DNA from: Nitrosopumilaceae archaeon
GTDB lineage: Archaea > Thermoproteota > Nitrososphaeria > Nitrososphaerales > Nitrosopumilaceae
Assembly: GCA_965208905.1 (NCBI GenBank)
Contig: OZ242365.1
Coordinates: forward strand, 1,088,001 to 1,152,000
Reading direction: 5' to 3'
Length of the DNA: 64,000 nt
Each line of letters opens with the position of its first letter. The stretch's first letter is position 1. Below the pieces are notes generated by a model. The model saw only the letters and a list, made by a program, of their open reading frames with translations. It ran no database searches and was not told the DNA's origin. This document shows, piece after piece, positions 59,475 to 64,000 of the stretch. The position numbers and the translations under genes are program-made.

Positions 59475-60103
59475 TTGAGTTCCATAGTAGTCTTTGTAAC
59501 CTTCATAATTATTCCACTAAACGCTATCGATGACAAAAAGTACCACGCCCACAAAAATAACGCATTCTCCACCTCGCATACGTGGTCTGGATCGGCCGCC
59601 TGCTCGGCAGTGCAGGTCAGCTGGAAGAAATCTCCAGGTATGACGTTTAACGATACTGGGGATATGGCTACTGTATATGAAAACAAGTACGGCAGGACAA
59701 AATAGAATATCAGTATCAGCGGTATGAACGTAATCATCATGGGACGCAGGTTCATCTGCATCATCTCCATCGATAGCTTGTTCATGTATGCGGATTTTTT
59801 ATTTAGTTGGTTTATGCGTTCTTGATCCTTGGAACGAAATGCTGCCATTCTCTCCTTGTTGAAGGCGCGGGTCTCCTTCATTATACGTCTCCATTTCACC
59901 TGATCTATCATCTTCTTTCGTATTGCCGAGTTGAGTAGGTTTAGCATTATGCCAAATCCTGATACCGCAAAAGCCGCCGCAATCAGGCCAGCAATTACAG
60001 GATCATCACTACCTAATGCTCCACGATCGCCCCCCAAGAACCCTAAAAAGCCACCATCATCCTGCAGGAATATGCCCTGAAGTAGTAAAAGTATACTTTC
60101 CAT
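59471..60103 (-). CDS. EMC3/TMCO1 (DUF106) membrane insertase family
   Basis: TM-coiled coil-RPM..T.IP..WYFL; synteny after adk. Confidence 0.88.
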   Translation of the reverse strand: MESILLLLQGIFLQDDGGFLGFLGGDRGALGSDDPVIAGLIAAAFAVSGFGIMLNLLNSAIRKKMIDQVKWRRIMKETRAFNKERMAAFRSKDQERINQLNKKSAYMNKLSMEMMQMNLRPMMITFIPLILIFYFVLPYLFSYTVAISPVSLNVIPGDFFQLTCTAEQAADPDHVCEVENALFLWAWYFLSSIAFSGIIMKVTKTTMELN

Positions 60104-60107
60104 GATA

Positions 60108-60728
60108 CTATAATCCTATGGCCCTTATTACATCATTTGCTGCCTCGACTAGACGACCCTCTCTATTCACTATTGGTTTGACAGGAGATCCAGAGACCAC
60201 CGAGCAAGCGGATATCACGGCCGCCTGTAGGTCCAACTCCTGCTTTATAATATTCATGGTCACCAGATCTCGATTTCGTGTGGGGTCATTCATGCGTCTG
60301 TTGTATATCTCTTCGGGCTTTGCTGATACTGATATGTAATTGGTGGGTTTTAGTATGCGCAGTATGTTTTCAGGCAGTCCGGGATAGTAGCCAGAAGTGG
60401 TACTGATGAATGCATGAGTGTCTATTATTATTACGTCGCATTCTTCGTTGGCAATCCGCTCGGCCGCTGTCCTTTGAAGATTCTCCTGCTCTTTAGTGGG
60501 GAGGCATCGAATGACATCTCTGTCACGTATGCCGTTACGTCTTGCCTCCTCTAACATGGCACTGCCAAAACTCTTCACCAAGACAGTCTTACCACTGGAT
60601 TTTATCTTCTCAACTATGGTGTTTACAAGTGAGGTCTTCCCTACACCGGGTATGCCGACTATTACTATACGTTTAGCGGCGGCCAAGTAAAGCACCCAAA
60701 CGCGGCATAACCACTTCGACCTGTTCAC
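60108..60728 (-). CDS. adkA: archaeal adenylate kinase
   Basis: GIPGVGKT, IDTH, GYYPGLP, RR..D..R.RD; true start probably about 60690. Confidence 0.93.
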   Translation of the reverse strand: MNRSKWLCRVWVLYLAAAKRIVIVGIPGVGKTSLVNTIVEKIKSSGKTVLVKSFGSAMLEEARRNGIRDRDVIRCLPTKEQENLQRTAAERIANEECDVIIIDTHAFISTTSGYYPGLPENILRILKPTNYISVSAKPEEIYNRRMNDPTRNRDLVTMNIIKQELDLQAAVISACSVVSGSPVKPIVNREGRLVEAANDVIRAIGL

Positions 60729-62103
60729 GTACCAGTTGTGTATAGTAGTTTATCAGTATGTCAACCATCAACAATACGCCGATTCCTGTACCAAATACGC
60801 CTAGCACATCTGAGACTCCAGCCAACACCCCTAATACCACCGATCCTAGTATGGTGACTGATGGGATGTACTTGTTTAGAAGGGCCTCGATGGGTTTGTT
60901 GGATCGCCGGAATCCTGGTACCTGAACATCAGCATCCAGTAGATTCTGGGCAGCACTTTTTGGCGAGAGGCCACCTAGTTCCACCCATAGACGTCCAAAT
61001 ACAACTACGATTCCTATCATGAATAGTATGTACCCTACGGCTCTGGTAGGATCTGCAGCTGCTATCTCCAGTCCTCGCGGCGGGGTGACGTAGTATATTA
61101 AACCTCCAATAGGAGTGGATGGGTTTGTGGGATCAAACTGTCCTATGATGTTCCAAAACACGTCTGTATTTCGCGGATTCACATTGGCCCAAAGCATCTG
61201 CCCCAAGAAGACGGCGTTTGCTGTCAATGCAGATGCTAGTATGACTGGTATGTTGGATACGTACATCATCTTGATGGGGTATACTGCTGAGAATCCTCTA
61301 TATCGTGTGGAGACTATGGGAATCTCTATCTTCATACCCTGTGTGAATACAAGTATCATGAGTATTCCCGCCGTGAGGAATAACCCAAATATGCTGGGCA
61401 ACTGGTTCATGCGGAAGAATACGTTGGATAGGTCTCCGGCCATCGCAGACTGGGCTACATACGGTAGTATGCCGATGGTTCCACCATCTCCTGCAGGCAG
61501 TGGCGAGAATATACTCCAGAGTATCTGCTGTGTCACACCTGCCATAATGAAGAGGCTTATACCGCTACCCAGCCCCCATCCTTTTTGAATCATCTCATCC
61601 AGGAACATTATCAGTATGGATGCGGCCATCAACTGACCGATCATCACGTATAGATGAGAAGGATCCATAATATTGGGTCCGTATACTGCTATGGCGTATA
61701 CTACGGATTCGGCGACAATTACTATATATGTGACCAACTTTGTCGCGGTTTGAAATATGCCCCGCTCTTCGGGCCTTTTAAAATCAAACTTCAATATCTC
61801 CGAACCGCGCAACAACTGCATCAGCAGACCAGCTGTAACTATGGGGCCGATACCCAACTCCACTAGTGTTCCCTGTTGGGATGCAAATATCACTCGGGCA
61901 AATGCTAAAAAGTCCATCTCGGGGGTTACCGCCCCAAACAGGGGTGTCTGTCCCATTACCATGTATATTAGTAGGGCTACACCGCTCCACAACAATCTCT
62001 TTTGTAGTGTGAGCTTCTTCTTTGGCTTGGGTACCTGAGGCAGGTAAGGTTCAACTTTAAAGACTATTTGACGAATTATCTCGGTGGGGGTTCTATTGGC
62101 CAT
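60673..62103 (-). CDS. secY: preprotein translocase SecY
   Basis: ELGIGPIVTA, DE..KGWGLGSG.SLFI, Y.SNIP, PGFR, GTG.LL. Confidence 0.97.
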   Translation of the reverse strand: MANRTPTEIIRQIVFKVEPYLPQVPKPKKKLTLQKRLLWSGVALLIYMVMGQTPLFGAVTPEMDFLAFARVIFASQQGTLVELGIGPIVTAGLLMQLLRGSEILKFDFKRPEERGIFQTATKLVTYIVIVAESVVYAIAVYGPNIMDPSHLYVMIGQLMAASILIMFLDEMIQKGWGLGSGISLFIMAGVTQQILWSIFSPLPAGDGGTIGILPYVAQSAMAGDLSNVFFRMNQLPSIFGLFLTAGILMILVFTQGMKIEIPIVSTRYRGFSAVYPIKMMYVSNIPVILASALTANAVFLGQMLWANVNPRNTDVFWNIIGQFDPTNPSTPIGGLIYYVTPPRGLEIAAADPTRAVGYILFMIGIVVVFGRLWVELGGLSPKSAAQNLLDADVQVPGFRRSNKPIEALLNKYIPSVTILGSVVLGVLAGVSDVLGVFGTGIGVLLMVDILINYYTQLVREQVEVVMPRLGALLGRR

Positions 62104-62521
62104 TCTCTGTCAATACCTCGCCGCCTGCGGCCTTTACCTTTGCATCCGCTGACTTTGTCGAAGCAGGAATTTTTATGATGTATGGTTCAGAGATGCTGCC
62201 TCCTCCCAACAATTTTTCGTATCCGGCATTACCCAAGTCTATAATACGAACATCCCCATCCTGAGTGCCATATGTGCGATAGAGATCATTTAGGTCCCGA
62301 ACACTGGCCCACTTTTTTGTTACATTGGGATATGGAGGTCGCGTGGATCCATGACCAAAGTGTTTTGGGTCGTACTTTAGCATGGAAGAGTAGTGATGCT
62401 TTAGTTGCCCGGAAACGCCCAAACCGCCTTTGTGACCACTGGCACGATGCTGGGCTACCTGCCCCCATCCGTGGTTTCTGGAGCCTCTGTATCTTCTTGT
62501 TTTACGAAGTCGTGTGGCCAT
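62093..62521 (-). CDS. rpl15: 50S ribosomal protein L15
   Basis: RG.R.HGWG...HR..G.KGG.G, KLLG.G. Confidence 0.95.
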   Translation of the reverse strand: MATRLRKTRRYRGSRNHGWGQVAQHRASGHKGGLGVSGQLKHHYSSMLKYDPKHFGHGSTRPPYPNVTKKWASVRDLNDLYRTYGTQDGDVRIIDLGNAGYEKLLGGGSISEPYIIKIPASTKSADAKVKAAGGEVLTENGQ

Positions 62522-62522
62522 A

Positions 62523-62990
62523 TTATATCATTCTCCGTATTATGTCGGGCAAATCTTTGTTCTTTCCTAGTATGCCTTTCTGTCCTGCCAGACGTTTTGT
62601 ACTCCGCCTGAAACCCAATCTGGGAGGGGCTAATGCGAACCATGGTTTTAATGGTTTTAGTTTGGATAAGGCAACTTTACCTGTGTATAAAGACTCGGCT
62701 ATTGCATCAGAGCTGTCGTAGCCCATATCTTTGATGTCTGTATCTGTTAGAGGATGATAGCCTGTCTTTCTGGCCCTCTTCTCTACCAACTCCTTTGTTA
62801 TGTCTTCGGAGGCTTCACACCATGATACAAATGTCTGTATCTTCTGTAGCATACCACGTGTGGTGTCTGTAGCTGGCACTATTGTAGCTCTGTATTTCTT
62901 CTCCAACTTTAAGAGTTTCATGGTGGTCCGGGCCCAATGTGGTACATCTGCTTGCCCTTTTACTCTTAGTACGAGGTATGCCTTTGCCAT
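62523..62990 (-). CDS. rpl30: 50S ribosomal protein L30
   Basis: T..LL.L, GMLQK...VSW, F.L.PPR.GF; synteny. Confidence 0.93.
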   Translation of the reverse strand: MAKAYLVLRVKGQADVPHWARTTMKLLKLEKKYRATIVPATDTTRGMLQKIQTFVSWCEASEDITKELVEKRARKTGYHPLTDTDIKDMGYDSSDAIAESLYTGKVALSKLKPLKPWFALAPPRLGFRRSTKRLAGQKGILGKNKDLPDIIRRMI

Positions 62991-62999
62991 AATGTATAA

Positions 63000-63614
63000 T
63001 CACCCTTGACTAAATGTCTGTCTCAGACAGTTTAGTATTGCCTTTGATGTCGAGTTCATTGTAGCTGTAGATCCGGTGGCGTTTGTCCATGCATCCTGCA
63101 AACCTGCTAACTCTAATAGACGTTTTATCTTTCCTCCTGCAACTAGTCCTAAACCCCGAGGCGCCGGAAGTATCTCGATTGTAACACTACCACCTTTTCC
63201 ACGTATTTTAAAGGGAACAGAGTGTTTCTGGTCACATCTGCATTCCCAACTACCACAACCTAATTTTACCGGACTGACGTTGAGGTACGCCTGGTTGGTA
63301 GCCTTTTCAATGGCAATGCGCATCTGTTTGGACTTGCCCTGCCCCACTCCTAAGTATCCATTCTGGTTGCCTGCCGCAACTATTGCCTTGAATCGGGTGG
63401 ATTGACCGTTGGATGTCATCTTTTGAATTATTCCAACATCGACCAACTCAGTTTTGAGATCTGGCAACAACTTCTTTACTATGCCTGCTTCTTGTATTCG
63501 CAGTCCCTGCTCTATTATCTCTTCAATACTAGTTACCGCCCCCGACTCGACTTTCTTTCCTAGTGTTGTCATTGGCGTCCATACCTCTTCGGTATCTCGC
63601 CTTGATCTATTCAT
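63000..63614 (-). CDS. rps5: 30S ribosomal protein S5
   Basis: W.P.T.LG, GCGSWEC, PAPRGLGL. Confidence 0.96.
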   Translation of the reverse strand: MNRSRRDTEEVWTPMTTLGKKVESGAVTSIEEIIEQGLRIQEAGIVKKLLPDLKTELVDVGIIQKMTSNGQSTRFKAIVAAGNQNGYLGVGQGKSKQMRIAIEKATNQAYLNVSPVKLGCGSWECRCDQKHSVPFKIRGKGGSVTIEILPAPRGLGLVAGGKIKRLLELAGLQDAWTNATGSTATMNSTSKAILNCLRQTFSQG

Positions 63615-64000
63615 TGGACGGATACCTCCTTATCGATGGTTGACTTGAACACTTCAATATCATTTTTAATGGTAAGATGTTCTCCATTTAGTCTTTCCTG
63701 TGGGGGGAATGACTCTGAATTTGCAGGTATGTCCAACCCAGCATCTATCATTCCTTTGAGTACTGCGGCAACACGTTGTGTGTAACGTCGTGTACCTGTG
63801 TATAGTATGGCTTGTGTGGTGCCGCTGTGTAGTGCCTTTTTACCTGCCAAATATCCAGTTAGATACGCTGCTGGAATATTTTTACGAGAACCCTTCCAAC
63901 CATTCTTTAGTAGTGCCCGTGAATGGGCTGATGCGACAACTTGGTCTCCAGTTAGTTTTGGTTGTAGTACCTGTACCTGTGTATTTTCATTTGATATCGA
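63611..64000 (-). CDS. rpl18: 50S ribosomal protein L18 (5' end outside window)
   Basis: GW.G..KNIPAAYLTGYLAG..., LKG..DAGL.IP..RL.GEH; ORF open to the window edge. Confidence 0.93.
   Translation of the reverse strand, partial: SISNENTQVQVLQPKLTGDQVVASAHSRALLKNGWKGSRKNIPAAYLTGYLAGKKALHSGTTQAILYTGTRRYTQRVAAVLKGMIDAGLDIPANSESFPPQERLNGEHLTIKNDIEVFKSTIDKEVSVQ

Overview
Archaeal DNA, almost certainly Nitrosopumilaceae/Cenarchaeum-like (Thaumarchaeota). This is inferred from the archaeal ribosomal/SecY operon, a histone, Cbf5, an intron-containing tRNA and IPDWIK..WW C-terminal repeats. A housekeeping backbone (1-7.3 kb, 22.6-28.8 kb, 47.5-64 kb; 4 tRNAs, pst operon, spc operon end) is interrupted by three accessory blocks. 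(i) A GC-rich block at about 7.9-10.7 kb holds a second FAD-oxidase paralogue and pheA. (ii) An 11.7-kb three-layer nest of mobile elements spans 10872-22533. Its outer layer is a TnpB-only element bounded by 18-bp terminal inverted repeats (TIRs) and an 8-bp target-site duplication (TSD), which are DDE-transposon ends rather than IS200/605 ends. The tnpB gene is split into three pieces by an IS3 (4-bp TSD) and by a 9-kb transposon with a SWIM-zinc-finger/IS6-like transposase (42-bp TIRs, 8-bp TSD). That transposon carries restriction/nuclease cargo separated by spacers built from alternately oriented copies of its own end motif. (iii) An ~18-kb defence island (28.9-47.3 kb) contains a DUF499-DUF1156-SNF2 system plus a HEPN gene, a Hachiman-like pair, a second SWIM-IS6 transposon carrying a HaeIII-like nuclease with a poly-G-frameshifted Dam-like methylase, and an LpxA-like gene. 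Best candidate for a new system: a family of GGG-ended SWIM-DDE cargo transposons that carry defence genes and apparently also mobilise a TnpB.
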